Shown here one piece after another: positions 27,799-37,338 of a stretch of DNA of 64,000 bases (position 1 is the first letter of the stretch; each line of letters opens with the position of its first letter). Source of the stretch: Candidatus Woesearchaeota archaeon (lineage in GTDB: Archaea > Nanobdellota > Nanobdellia > Woesearchaeales > UBA10216). A model generated the notes under the pieces. That model did no database searches and was not told the origin of the DNA. It was given only the letters and a program-made list of their open reading frames with translations. Location: assembly GCA_016192905.1 (NCBI GenBank), contig JACPTG010000001.1, positions 505,935-569,934 of the forward strand. The letters are read 5' to 3'. The position numbers and the translations under genes were made by a program.

Positions 27799-28712
27799 AA
27801 CCTGACCTAAGAGCCAAGATACTAGGGGTGGAACTAGGGAACCCCACTATACTGGCATCAGGAATAATGGGCGTATCCGGGGCTGCATGCTGCTATGCGG
27901 CAAAGAACGGGGCAGGGGCTGTGATACCCAAGTCAATCGGGCCGAAGGAAAGGGAAGGCCACGCAAACCCTGTGCTTGTGGAATTTGACAAGGGATTCCT
28001 GAATGCAGTCGGCCTGCCGAATTCAGGAGTGGACAACAGCCTTGGCGAGATAGAGTTTGCAATGAAGAATTCCGGAGTTCCTGTCATTCCGAGCCTGTTT
28101 GGCGGGACCAAGGAGGAGTTCGGCATGGTCGCAGAGAAACTGGACACCCTAAGGCCACAGCTAATTGAGGTCAACCTTTCCTGCCCAAACACGCAAGATG
28201 ATTTCGGGCTGGCCTTTGCGCTCTCGGAAAAGGACGCTGGCGAAGTAATAAAGCTGGTCAAAAGCAAGGTCAGGGCAAAGGTGATAGCAAAGCTTGCGCC
28301 CAATGTTCCGGACATAAAGACAATAGCCAGGGCTGTTGAAAAAGCCGGGGCAGATGCAATCACCGCAGTAAACACCATGCCGGGAATGGCAATCGACGCA
28401 AAAACCGGAAACCCCTTACTTCACAACAAGCAAGGAGGAATAAGCGGCCCTGCACTCAGGCCGATAGCGGTAAACTGCATTTATGAAATATACAAGGCAG
28501 TCAACATCCCGATTATTGGGGCAGGAGGTGTAACACATGGGGAAGACGCTGCCGAGATGATAATGGCAGGGGCTGCGGCTGTTGAGATAGGCACAGGCAT
28601 ATACTACAGGGGGATAGACGTATTCAGGAAAGTCAGCGGAGAGCTGGAGCAGCTTATGGCTGAGAATGGATACGCCACAATAAAGGAAATGACTGGAGTT
28701 TCGCACAGATGA
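27795..28712 (+). CDS. pyrD: dihydroorotate dehydrogenase, catalytic subunit (family 1B)
   Basis: NAVGLPN, EVNLSCPN, KLAPNV and GGISGPALRPIA motifs. Confidence 0.95.
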   Translation: MKPDLRAKILGVELGNPTILASGIMGVSGAACCYAAKNGAGAVIPKSIGPKEREGHANPVLVEFDKGFLNAVGLPNSGVDNSLGEIEFAMKNSGVPVIPSLFGGTKEEFGMVAEKLDTLRPQLIEVNLSCPNTQDDFGLAFALSEKDAGEVIKLVKSKVRAKVIAKLAPNVPDIKTIARAVEKAGADAITAVNTMPGMAIDAKTGNPLLHNKQGGISGPALRPIAVNCIYEIYKAVNIPIIGAGGVTHGEDAAEMIMAGAAAVEIGTGIYYRGIDVFRKVSGELEQLMAENGYATIKEMTGVSHR

Positions 28713-29509
28713 AAATGGAAAGGCCGCAGATAGCCGCGATAAAAAGGGTTGAAGAAGAGGCTGACGGGATAAAGACAATATTCCTCAACAGCAGCATGAA
28801 AGCCAGGCACGGGCAGTTCATAATGCTCTGGCTTCCAAGAATAGACGAGAAGCCATTTGCAGTAAGCTACGCATCAAAGGGGGAAATAGGGATAACTGTC
28901 GCCGCGGTGGGCCCATTCTCTGAAAAACTGAGCCTGATGAGAGCTGGTGAAAAAATAGGGGTAAGAGGGCCATACGGAAGGCCATACACGCTTGCCAAGG
29001 GAAATCTTGTTATGATAGGAGGGGGCTATGGCTCTGCAAGCCTTGCGATGCTGGCAGAAGAAGCCGCCAGGAAGATGACAAGGGTCAAGTTTATCCTGGG
29101 AGCAAGGAGCAAAAGCAGGCTGGTCTATGTTGAGAGGATTAAGCGGCTAATAGGGGAAGAAAACCTGACAATAACCACAGACGACGGCAGCGCAGGAAGG
29201 AAAGGGCTTGTGACAGACGCGCTCAAGGAGATGATTGCCCGCGAGAAAATAGACAAGATTTATGCCTGCGGGCCGGATAAGATGCTAAAGGCAGTGGCCA
29301 GCATCGGACATGAAGCAGGGATACCAGGCGAGATAAGCATGGAGCGCTACATGAAATGCGGATTCGGGCTCTGCGGCCACTGCTGCGTGGACCCCATCGG
29401 AATAAGATTATGCGTTGAAGGGCCTGTAATTGACTTCGGGACTGCCATGCAGGTCAAGGAGCTGGGACTTTACCATAGATTGAAGAGCAGCAGGAAGGAA
29501 GCGATATAA
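28709..29509 (+). CDS. pyrK: dihydroorotate dehydrogenase electron-transfer subunit
   Basis: GQFIMLWLP, RGPYG, TTDDGS and ERYMKCGFGLCGHC [2Fe-2S] motifs. Confidence 0.93.
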   Translation: MKMERPQIAAIKRVEEEADGIKTIFLNSSMKARHGQFIMLWLPRIDEKPFAVSYASKGEIGITVAAVGPFSEKLSLMRAGEKIGVRGPYGRPYTLAKGNLVMIGGGYGSASLAMLAEEAARKMTRVKFILGARSKSRLVYVERIKRLIGEENLTITTDDGSAGRKGLVTDALKEMIAREKIDKIYACGPDKMLKAVASIGHEAGIPGEISMERYMKCGFGLCGHCCVDPIGIRLCVEGPVIDFGTAMQVKELGLYHRLKSSRKEAI

Positions 29510-30739
29510 GTGATTCTTCCGATAATAATACTCGCCGGAGTGCTGCTGCTCACTGCAGTGAGGCAGGTGGGCAGGATAAAGCTGGAAATCTGGCAGATAA
29601 TGCTCCTTGGAGCTGCAGCAGTGCTGATAACAGGCCAGATAAGCCCTGAAAGAGCCCTCCAGTCAATCAACATCGATGTAATGATTTTCCTCCTCTGCAT
29701 GTTCATAGTCGGGCAGGCCATGGAGGAAAGCGGGCTGCTGGAAAACATCGCATACAAAATGTTCAGGAAGGCGGAATCAACTGACGGCCTGCTGCTAATC
29801 ATACTCTTTGCATTCGGGGCTGCATCAGCATTTTTTATGAATGATACCCTTGCAATAATAGGGACTCCTGTAATGCTGGGACTGGCAAGAAAAAATGCGC
29901 TGCCATCCAAGCTACTGCTGCTCACACTGGCATTCGCCATAACCATAGGAGGCGTGATGAGCCCAATTGGAAACCCCCAAAACTTCCTAATAGCGGTGAA
30001 CGCCAACATCCCAGAGCCGTTTGTGACCTTCCTTGCCAGATTATTCATACCCACTATGATAAACCTGCTGCTGGCATACGTGCTCCTAAAAGCCTTTTAC
30101 GGAGGCAGCTTCAGGAAACTTGGCCCTGCCCAGCCAGAGCCGCTAAGAGACCTGCAACTGGCACGCATCTCAATGGCCGCTGTGGCAATAATGCTTGTGC
30201 TGGTAGCCGCCAAGGTGGCATTAACAATAGCCAAGCCTGAAGCAGACTTCAAGCTGACTTACATTGCGCTGGCTGCGGCACTGCCCATACTGGTTTTCAG
30301 CAGCAGAAGGCTACAGCTTGCCAAGAAGGTTGACTGGCGCACAATGGCGTTCTTCGCGGCGATGTTCATACTAACCAGCAGTGCATGGGAGTCAGGGTTT
30401 TTCCAGTCGGCCATTAGAAGGATAGACATACCCGTAACATCCACCATGTCCATCCTTACAATAAGCGTCCTATTAAGCCAGCTCATCTCAAACGTGCCAC
30501 TGGCTGCCCTCTACCTTCCGGTGCTCATGCATGCAGGAGCCCAGACAAGCCAGCTGATAGCCCTTGCTGCCGGAAGCACAATAGCAGGAAACCTCTTTAT
30601 CCTTGGAGCGGCGAGCAACATCATAATAATCCAGACTGCTGAACGCAAAAATGAGACCCTTACCTTCACCGACTTCGCACGGGTAGGCATCCCCCTCACA
30701 ATAGCCAATGTGCTGGTTTACTGGATTTTCCTGCGGTAA
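29510..30739 (+). CDS. ArsB/NhaD/SLC13-type anion permease
   Basis: FFMNDT, SPIGNPQN, SQLISNVP and GSTIAGNLFILGAASNIII motifs. Confidence 0.88.
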   Translation: MILPIIILAGVLLLTAVRQVGRIKLEIWQIMLLGAAAVLITGQISPERALQSINIDVMIFLLCMFIVGQAMEESGLLENIAYKMFRKAESTDGLLLIILFAFGAASAFFMNDTLAIIGTPVMLGLARKNALPSKLLLLTLAFAITIGGVMSPIGNPQNFLIAVNANIPEPFVTFLARLFIPTMINLLLAYVLLKAFYGGSFRKLGPAQPEPLRDLQLARISMAAVAIMLVLVAAKVALTIAKPEADFKLTYIALAAALPILVFSSRRLQLAKKVDWRTMAFFAAMFILTSSAWESGFFQSAIRRIDIPVTSTMSILTISVLLSQLISNVPLAALYLPVLMHAGAQTSQLIALAAGSTIAGNLFILGAASNIIIIQTAERKNETLTFTDFARVGIPLTIANVLVYWIFLR

Positions 30740-30795
30740 ACTCCGCTGAAAAGAGACTCACAACAATTAAATAAGACTAAAAACCCCTTACAACC

Positions 30796-32094
30796 ATGCT
30801 GCTAATAAAGAACTGCAAAGTCCTGGAAAACGGCAAAGCCGTGGAAAGGAACATCATTGCAGAAGGCGGCATAATACAGAAGATAACAGCCCCCTCAGCA
30901 GCCAAAAGTGCTGACGAGATTATAGATGCCAAAGGAAAGCTGGCCATTCCAGGACTGATAGACGCGCACGTCCACTGCCGGGAGCCGGGAATGACGCAGA
31001 AGGAAGACTTCAGGACAGCAGGATACGCGGCGGCGGCAGGGGGAGTGACAACAATCCTTGACATGCCAAACAACAGGCCAGCCACCACAACAGCCTGGCT
31101 TCTTGAGGAAAAGAGGAAGCTGGCCGCGGAAAAATGCATTGCAAACTACGGATTCCACTTCGGAGCCACAGAAGGCAACCTTGCAGAAATACGAAACGCA
31201 AAGAACATCGCATCGGTAAAGGTGTTTATGGGCTCAAGCACAGGCGACCTGTTGATAAGCAATGAAGGCACCCTTGACTCAATAATGGGCACTGGAAAAA
31301 GAATAGCGGTGCATGCAGAAGACGAGGCCATGCTGAAGGCAAATGAAAAATCCCAGGGAGCAGGGACATGGACTGCCGAAAGGCACCTTGAAGCAAGGAA
31401 CAAAATGGTGGCTGCATCAGCCGCCAGCCTGGCGATTACTGCCGCAAAAAGAAAAAATGCGCGGATGCACCTATGCCACATAAGCACAGCTGAAGAGACC
31501 GAGCTAATGGCCAAGTTCAGGCGAAACATGAACCTGAGCTGTGAAGTGACGCCACATCACCTATTCCTGCCTGTTGAAGACGCCGCCAAACTGGGGACAA
31601 TGGCAAAGGTCAACCCGCCGCTAAGGAGGAAAGAGGACGTGGCAGCCCTCTGGAATGCGCTAAACTCAGGCACCATAGACATGGTTGCGACAGACCACGC
31701 GCCACACCTCCTGGAAGAAAAGTCAAGCGACGAGCCGCCCTCAGGCATGCCAGGGCTCGAGACCATGCTGCCCCTCCTGCTTGATGCCATGAATAGGGGA
31801 AGGCTTTCCATGCAGCAGGTGATAAGCCTGACATCCGCCAACCCTGCCAGGGTATTTGGAATACAATCCAGAGGACACATAGCCGAGGGATACTTTGCAG
31901 ACATAACACTAATAGACCTGAAAAAAGAGAAAACTGTAAGGAACGACGAACTCCAGACAAAGTGCAAATGGAGCGCCTTTGAAGGGTGGAAACTGAAAGG
32001 AACAGTGGCCTCAACCATCATAAACGGAAGGCTTGCGTACGACGGCAGCCAGGTTATAGATGAGCACAAGGGAAATGAGGCGATGTTTGGATGA
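30796..32094 (+). CDS. pyrC: dihydroorotase
   Basis: PGLIDAHVHCREPG, DMPN, CEVTPHHL, KVNPPLR and TDHAPH motifs. Confidence 0.92.
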   Translation: MLLIKNCKVLENGKAVERNIIAEGGIIQKITAPSAAKSADEIIDAKGKLAIPGLIDAHVHCREPGMTQKEDFRTAGYAAAAGGVTTILDMPNNRPATTTAWLLEEKRKLAAEKCIANYGFHFGATEGNLAEIRNAKNIASVKVFMGSSTGDLLISNEGTLDSIMGTGKRIAVHAEDEAMLKANEKSQGAGTWTAERHLEARNKMVAASAASLAITAAKRKNARMHLCHISTAEETELMAKFRRNMNLSCEVTPHHLFLPVEDAAKLGTMAKVNPPLRRKEDVAALWNALNSGTIDMVATDHAPHLLEEKSSDEPPSGMPGLETMLPLLLDAMNRGRLSMQQVISLTSANPARVFGIQSRGHIAEGYFADITLIDLKKEKTVRNDELQTKCKWSAFEGWKLKGTVASTIINGRLAYDGSQVIDEHKGNEAMFG

Positions 32095-32726
32095 ATCCAG
32101 AAGAAAAAGTCGCTGAACTGCTTCTCCTTTCAGGAGCTGTGACGCTGAGGCCCACTGAGCCATTCAAATTCACATCAGGAATACTAAGCCCAATCTACTG
32201 CGACAACAGGATACTGCTATCCAAGCCCGACGCAAGGGACGCAATGATTGCCTTTTACCTGGAAAAAATGCAAGAGAGCGAGTTTGACGTGATTGCAGGA
32301 ATAGCAACAGCCAGCATACCATGGGCAAGCATCCTCGCAGACAGGCTGAGAAAGCCCACCATCTACATACGAAAAGAGCCAAAAGGCCACGGAATGCACA
32401 ACCTGATAGAAGGAGCGCTGGAAAAAGGCCAACGGGCAGTGATTGTAGAGGACCTCATAAGCACAGGAGGAACCTCGCTGAAAGCTGTAAACGCAGCCAG
32501 GGAGGCAGGGGCAATAGCTGATGAATGCATCGCCATATTCACATACGAGATGGAAGAGGCCCACAAGGGCTTTTATGATGCCATGTGCAAGCTAACAACA
32601 CTCAGCAACTTCACAACGCTCGTAAGAGTGGCGGCTGAAAAGGGCTACATCAAAGAGAAGGAAAGGGAGTTAATAACCAAGTGGAGCCAGAATCCTGCCG
32701 GGTGGAAGGGACTCAATCTCGCTTAG
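32091..32726 (+). CDS. pyrE: orotate phosphoribosyltransferase
   Basis: SGILSPIYCDNR, YIRKEPKGHG and VEDLISTGG motifs. Confidence 0.95.
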   Translation: MNPEEKVAELLLLSGAVTLRPTEPFKFTSGILSPIYCDNRILLSKPDARDAMIAFYLEKMQESEFDVIAGIATASIPWASILADRLRKPTIYIRKEPKGHGMHNLIEGALEKGQRAVIVEDLISTGGTSLKAVNAAREAGAIADECIAIFTYEMEEAHKGFYDAMCKLTTLSNFTTLVRVAAEKGYIKEKERELITKWSQNPAGWKGLNLA

Positions 32727-32832
32727 AATAATCATCATCTCCACTTACAAGATAACCCGCTTTCGCACTTTCCGCGCATTCAAGGAATTTATTATCTTTT
32801 GTGTTTGTATCAAGAACCAGTTTAAGCGGCAT
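32713..32832 (-). pseudogene. internally deleted PIN toxin (39 aa)
   Basis: MPLKLVLDTN joined directly to TKDNKFLECAESAKAGYLVSGD; overlaps the end of the AbrB gene. Confidence 0.7.
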
Positions 32833-33085
32833 TTCTTATATCATTTATGGCTTTTTTTACGTCAGCTTTTGTCAATCCTGCCTGTTTTGCCGCTTCCCGC
32901 AATGGCTTTGCCATTTCGTCAAACGTTTTTTTAATTGCCGGAGTTTCTATTTTCCTCAATATAACTGTTCCAGCTTCACCAAATACCATAAACTGATCCG
33001 ACTTTTTTATACCCATCTCCTTCCTCAACGAAGAGGGAATAACAACCTGTCCTTTTTCAGATATTCTGGTTAGTTCAACCTGCAT
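32822..33085 (-). CDS. AbrB/MazE-type antitoxin
   Basis: TRISEKGQVVIPSSLRKEMGIKKSD. Confidence 0.88.
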   Translation of the reverse strand: MQVELTRISEKGQVVIPSSLRKEMGIKKSDQFMVFGEAGTVILRKIETPAIKKTFDEMAKPLREAAKQAGLTKADVKKAINDIRNAA

Positions 33086-33210
33086 ATTGCATCACTTGTA
33101 GGATACGTAAAGGCTATCTTACTTATATTCTTTTCGGTTTTAGGCCGTAATACAGCCCTTCAACGAAAGATGTTTATACACTAATGCCACTTAGTGTGAT
33201 TAGTGGTAAA

Positions 33211-33447
33211 ATGTCGGTATCTATAAAGATAAGCCGGGAAAACTATGAGAGATTGTCCTCACTTTCAGGCAGGCTGAGGTCTGAACTTAACAGGCCAGTC
33301 TCAATTAATGAGGCAATAAGCTTTCTATACAGGAAAGGGAAGCTGAGCGATGTTGCAGGGACATGGAAAATGACTGACAGGGAAGCTGAAGGGTTTATGG
33401 CTGACCTCCAAAGGGGCTGGGAGAGATGGAAGCCAAAATCTGCATAG
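33211..33447 (+). CDS. VapB-like antitoxin
   Basis: SVSIKISRENYERL...SINEAI...LSDVAGTWKM; overlaps vapC. Confidence 0.75.
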   Translation: MSVSIKISRENYERLSSLSGRLRSELNRPVSINEAISFLYRKGKLSDVAGTWKMTDREAEGFMADLQRGWERWKPKSA

Positions 33448-33815
33448 ATACCGATTTCCTGGCAAACCTCCTTAGGGGAAGAAAAGACGAAATTGACTTT
33501 ATTAAAAGCCAAGAAACAAAGGCAGAACTTTCAACCACATACGTGAACCTGTTTGAGCTTTACTATTGGGCTTTCAAATCAATGGAAAGGGAAAACAACC
33601 TTGCTGCAATTTCCGCACTTTTGCCTAAGCTCAACCTTCTTAACTTTTCAGACGAAGCAGCCAAAAAGGCAGGTGAAGTGCTGGCAAAACTGGAGAGGGA
33701 AGGAAAGCCCATTGACTTCAGGGACCTTTTTATAGGAGCAATAGCCCTCACAAGCGGATATTCAATAAAAACCAAGAACCTGAAGCATTTCAACAGGATT
33801 GAAGGCAATTTCTGA
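33426..33815 (+). CDS. vapC: VapC PIN-domain toxin
   Basis: IDTDFL, NLFEL, DLFIGAIA and TKNLKHF motifs. Confidence 0.88.
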   Translation: MEAKICIDTDFLANLLRGRKDEIDFIKSQETKAELSTTYVNLFELYYWAFKSMERENNLAAISALLPKLNLLNFSDEAAKKAGEVLAKLEREGKPIDFRDLFIGAIALTSGYSIKTKNLKHFNRIEGNF

Positions 33816-33903
33816 TTAGCGGGTTGCATTCGCCTATTCGGCTTCTGCAAGGAACATCAACCCACAGTTAACTTTATAAAAAACAGAACCGGAGTCCTCG
33901 CTG

Positions 33904-34476
33904 ATGAAGCCAAAAATAGGCGTGATGGGCTCGGCGAATGAGAAGGGGAATGCGGGGAGGATACCTGCAAAATCCCTCAAGCTGGCATATGACCTCGGGC
34001 AGGAGATAGCCAGGCACAACTGCATACTCGTGAACGGGGCCTGCAACGGGATACCCAATGCTGCAGCAAGGGGTGCGATGAACAATGACGGGTTTGTAAT
34101 AGGAATAAGCCCTGCAAAGAACCTTGAAGAGCACGCAAAGAGGTACAGGTTCCCCACAAAATACTACTCTGTAATAATTTACACAGGCTTCGGATTCAAG
34201 GGCAGGAATGTGGTGAATGTCAGCAACTGCGACGCGGTAATCATAGTCGGCGGAAGGGTGGGCACGCTGAACGAGTTCACAATAGCATACGACGAAGGCC
34301 AGGTAATAGGGATAATGGAAGGCTCAGGAGGGGTGGCAGACAACCTCAAGAAGATAATAAAGATTGTTGACAAGAATACAGGAGCAATGGTAATATTCGA
34401 CAAGGAACCGCACACTCTGGTGAAAAGGGTACTGCGGGAGATAGAGAAGAGGGCCAAAAGCAGTAAGATTGAATAA
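33904..34476 (+). CDS. LOG family protein (nucleotide phosphoribohydrolase-like)
   Basis: IGVMGSA, GACNGIP, GRNVVNV and GGRVGTLNEF motifs. Confidence 0.85.
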   Translation: MKPKIGVMGSANEKGNAGRIPAKSLKLAYDLGQEIARHNCILVNGACNGIPNAAARGAMNNDGFVIGISPAKNLEEHAKRYRFPTKYYSVIIYTGFGFKGRNVVNVSNCDAVIIVGGRVGTLNEFTIAYDEGQVIGIMEGSGGVADNLKKIIKIVDKNTGAMVIFDKEPHTLVKRVLREIEKRAKSSKIE

Positions 34477-34510
34477 TGCGGGCGGGAATAAGCCACTAAT
34501 AAGTCAAATA

Positions 34511-34568
34511 GCAGGCTGTGGCCACCTCAGGTGAACTGTTTCAATTGCACAGCCTGCGGCTTTTTGTT
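34511..34568 (+). terminator. 10-bp perfect hairpin followed by a T-tract; left arm matches the dispersed-repeat core
   Basis: GCAGGCTGTG (34511) / CACAGCCTGC (34548), then TTTTTGTT. Confidence 0.5.
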
Positions 34569-34642
34569 ATAATGAAAAACAAGCCTTTGGATACGACCAT
34601 AAGGCAGCAAAAATTATAAACAGCAGCGGCAGCCACACCACA

Positions 34643-35467
34643 GTGAACAGCTATACTGAAGTTCTAAGGCAGAAAGCGGCAGAGACAGGCAGCATAATAT
34701 GCCTCGGCATGGACCCTGTAATTGAAAAGATACCAATAAAGGAGCAAAGCCCTGAGAAAAGGATTGTGAAATTCTATTCTGACATCCTGGCTGCGACAAA
34801 CAGCCTTATAGGGGCTGCCAAGCCAAACTACGCGTTCTATGCCCAGTACGGCTTCCCAGGGCTCAGGGCGCTGAAGAAGGTAATTACAGCCTGCAAAGGG
34901 TACAAAATACCGGTGATTCTGGACGCCAAGAGGGCTGACATCGGGAAAACAAGCGAAGCATACGCAAAGGAGGCATTTGAATTCTGGAAAGCAGACGCAT
35001 TAACCGTCCAGCCATACATGGGAATGGACAGCGTGCAGCCCTTCATAGAATACTGCAAAAAAGGCAAAGGAGTCTACCTTCTGGTCAGGACTTCAAACAA
35101 AGGCGCTGCTGATTTCCAGGAAAAAGGAATGGACGGCAAGCCATTCTACATGAGACTGGCTGAAAAAACAGTTGAATGGCACCAGCCTGGGACAGGGGGG
35201 GTTGTTGGGGCGACAAATATTGAAGAGCTAAGGGAAATAGCGGGCTACTTTAACGACAGCGGCAAAGAGATACCCCTGCTAATACCAGGAGTCGGCAGCC
35301 AAGGAGGAAATGCAGCTGACACTGCCAAGGCGCTAGCAAACCACAAAATACACAGGATAAACAGCAGCAGCGGGATAAACTACGCCTACGAAAAATACGG
35401 GACTGAAAACTATGCTGAGGCAGCTGTCAAGGCGGTCAGGGAACTAAACTCAGAAATCAGCTTTTAA
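34643..35467 (+). CDS. pyrF: orotidine-5'-phosphate decarboxylase (subfamily 2)
   Basis: CLGMDP, KPNYAFY, DAKRADIG, RTSN and LIPGVGSQGG motifs. Confidence 0.94.
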   Translation: MNSYTEVLRQKAAETGSIICLGMDPVIEKIPIKEQSPEKRIVKFYSDILAATNSLIGAAKPNYAFYAQYGFPGLRALKKVITACKGYKIPVILDAKRADIGKTSEAYAKEAFEFWKADALTVQPYMGMDSVQPFIEYCKKGKGVYLLVRTSNKGAADFQEKGMDGKPFYMRLAEKTVEWHQPGTGGVVGATNIEELREIAGYFNDSGKEIPLLIPGVGSQGGNAADTAKALANHKIHRINSSSGINYAYEKYGTENYAEAAVKAVRELNSEISF

Positions 35468-35473
35468 CAAGCA

Positions 35474-36763
35474 ATGGCTGAAAACACTATAATTATCGGC
35501 GCGTATTGGGGCGATGAGGGAAAGGGCAAGATAGTAGACCTGCTTGCCGCAGACGCTGACTGGGTGGCGCGATTCAACGGAGGCGACAATGCAGGCCACA
35601 CGATCGTGGCTGAAGGGAAGAAGACAATACTCCACATCCTGCCCTCAGGCGCGGTGCAGGGCAAAAACGTTGCAATCGGGCCAGACGTGTTCGTAAACCC
35701 TGAAGCCCTCCTGAAAGACCTGCAGTCAGTAAAGGATTACAAAGGCAGAATTGTCGTAGATGAAAGGGCGCACGTGATAATGCCCTACCACCTCACGCTT
35801 GACGACGGCGGAAAATTAGGCACAACAAAAAGGGGCATAGGGCCTGCGGCAGAGGACCGGGCATCAAGGACAAGGGACATTACATTCTCAGACCTTATTT
35901 CTGAAAAATTCAAAGAAAAGCTGCATGGAGTGCTGAAAGAGAAGGAGCTCATGCTGAGAAATACCGGACTCAACAGCATGGCTGACTACGAGAACGAAAT
36001 ATACAGGACAAGCAATGAGTATGCCTCCAGAGTGAGGCAACTGACCGGCAACGCAGGGCTTGAACTCCACAACGCAATTCAAAGAGGGGAAAAAGTCATC
36101 CTGGAAGGGGCACAGGGAGCGTTGCTTGACATAGTGCACGGGACAAGGCCCTACGTGACGAGCAGCAACACCACCGCAGGAGGGGCATTCGCAAACCTCG
36201 GCCTCAACCCAAGGCATTTCAAAGTTGTGGGGATTGCAAAGGCATACCCGACAAGGGTGGGCGAAGGGCCATTCCCGACCGAACTCAAAAATGAGCTGGG
36301 AAGGAGGATACAGGAAGACGGGCATGAATTCGGGGCAACAACAGGCAGGCCAAGAAAAGCAGGCATGCCAGACTTTGTAGCCCTGAGATATTCAGCCAGG
36401 ATAAATTCCTTTGACGAGATTGCAGTAACCAAGCTGGACGTGCTGGCTGGAAAGGAGTTTACAGCAGCCGTGAAGTATGAGAAAGGGGGCGAAACGACAG
36501 AAAACTTCCCATTCAGGCTTGAAGGATGGCAGCCGGTTTATGGGAAAACATATTACTTTGAAAGCTTTACCGAGGCAGAGGCTGAGAGAATGTGCAAGGA
36601 AGGATACACAAGCCTGCCTGAAGGAATGAGGGAATACCTTGAAGACGTGGCTGCTGCCATCAAAACGCCAATCAGCATGGTAAGCCTGAGCCCTAAAAGG
36701 GAGATAACAGTGGTAAAGGATGCGCTGGAAGAGACACGAAAATGCCTCACCTGGTTAATGTGA
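35474..36763 (+). CDS. purA: adenylosuccinate synthetase
   Basis: WGDEGKGK, GGDNAGHT, EGAQG and GATTGRPR motifs. Confidence 0.96.
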   Translation: MAENTIIIGAYWGDEGKGKIVDLLAADADWVARFNGGDNAGHTIVAEGKKTILHILPSGAVQGKNVAIGPDVFVNPEALLKDLQSVKDYKGRIVVDERAHVIMPYHLTLDDGGKLGTTKRGIGPAAEDRASRTRDITFSDLISEKFKEKLHGVLKEKELMLRNTGLNSMADYENEIYRTSNEYASRVRQLTGNAGLELHNAIQRGEKVILEGAQGALLDIVHGTRPYVTSSNTTAGGAFANLGLNPRHFKVVGIAKAYPTRVGEGPFPTELKNELGRRIQEDGHEFGATTGRPRKAGMPDFVALRYSARINSFDEIAVTKLDVLAGKEFTAAVKYEKGGETTENFPFRLEGWQPVYGKTYYFESFTEAEAERMCKEGYTSLPEGMREYLEDVAAAIKTPISMVSLSPKREITVVKDALEETRKCLTWLM

Positions 36764-37338
36764 ACACAGCCCTAATCAGCGTGCACGACAAGACAGGAGT
36801 AAAATACCTGTATTCCGAGCTGCTCAAAGTGAACCCCGACATCAGGGTAATTTCAAGCGGCGGAACCTATGCAGAGCTGGCAAATGTGAACGGCAAAAAC
36901 CTTGTCCAGGTCTCTGATTACACCGGCTTCCCTGAAATGCCATCAGGGCTGGTCAAAACGCTTCATCCTAAAGTCCACGGAGGCATACTGGGGAATGAGG
37001 GCGAGGCGGAGTTCATGCGGCAGCATGGAATCGAGAAAATAGACCTTGTTGTGGTGAACCTTTACCCGTTCAAAGGCGAAGGCAAGTTTCATGAGGCAAG
37101 AAAAAACATTGACATTGGAGGAGTAAGCCTGATTGAAGCAGGCTGCAAGAACTTTACAAGGGTGGCTGTGCTGACAGACCCCTCAGAGTACGAACGGTTT
37201 GTTTCCCTGCTGACTGAAAACAAAGGAACAGACCTGAAGACAAGACTAAACCTTGCCCAAAGGGCTGCAGGCAGGCTAAGCAGATATCTCAAGGCCATCT
37301 CAGAATATTTTGAAGGGCTACGGGAAGGGGACATATGA
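36742..37338 (+). CDS. purH: PurH N-terminal half: IMP cyclohydrolase (MGS-like domain)
   Basis: ALISVHDKTG, SSGGT, VKTLHPKVHGGIL and NIDIGG motifs. Confidence 0.88.
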   Translation: MPHLVNVNTALISVHDKTGVKYLYSELLKVNPDIRVISSGGTYAELANVNGKNLVQVSDYTGFPEMPSGLVKTLHPKVHGGILGNEGEAEFMRQHGIEKIDLVVVNLYPFKGEGKFHEARKNIDIGGVSLIEAGCKNFTRVAVLTDPSEYERFVSLLTENKGTDLKTRLNLAQRAAGRLSRYLKAISEYFEGLREGDI

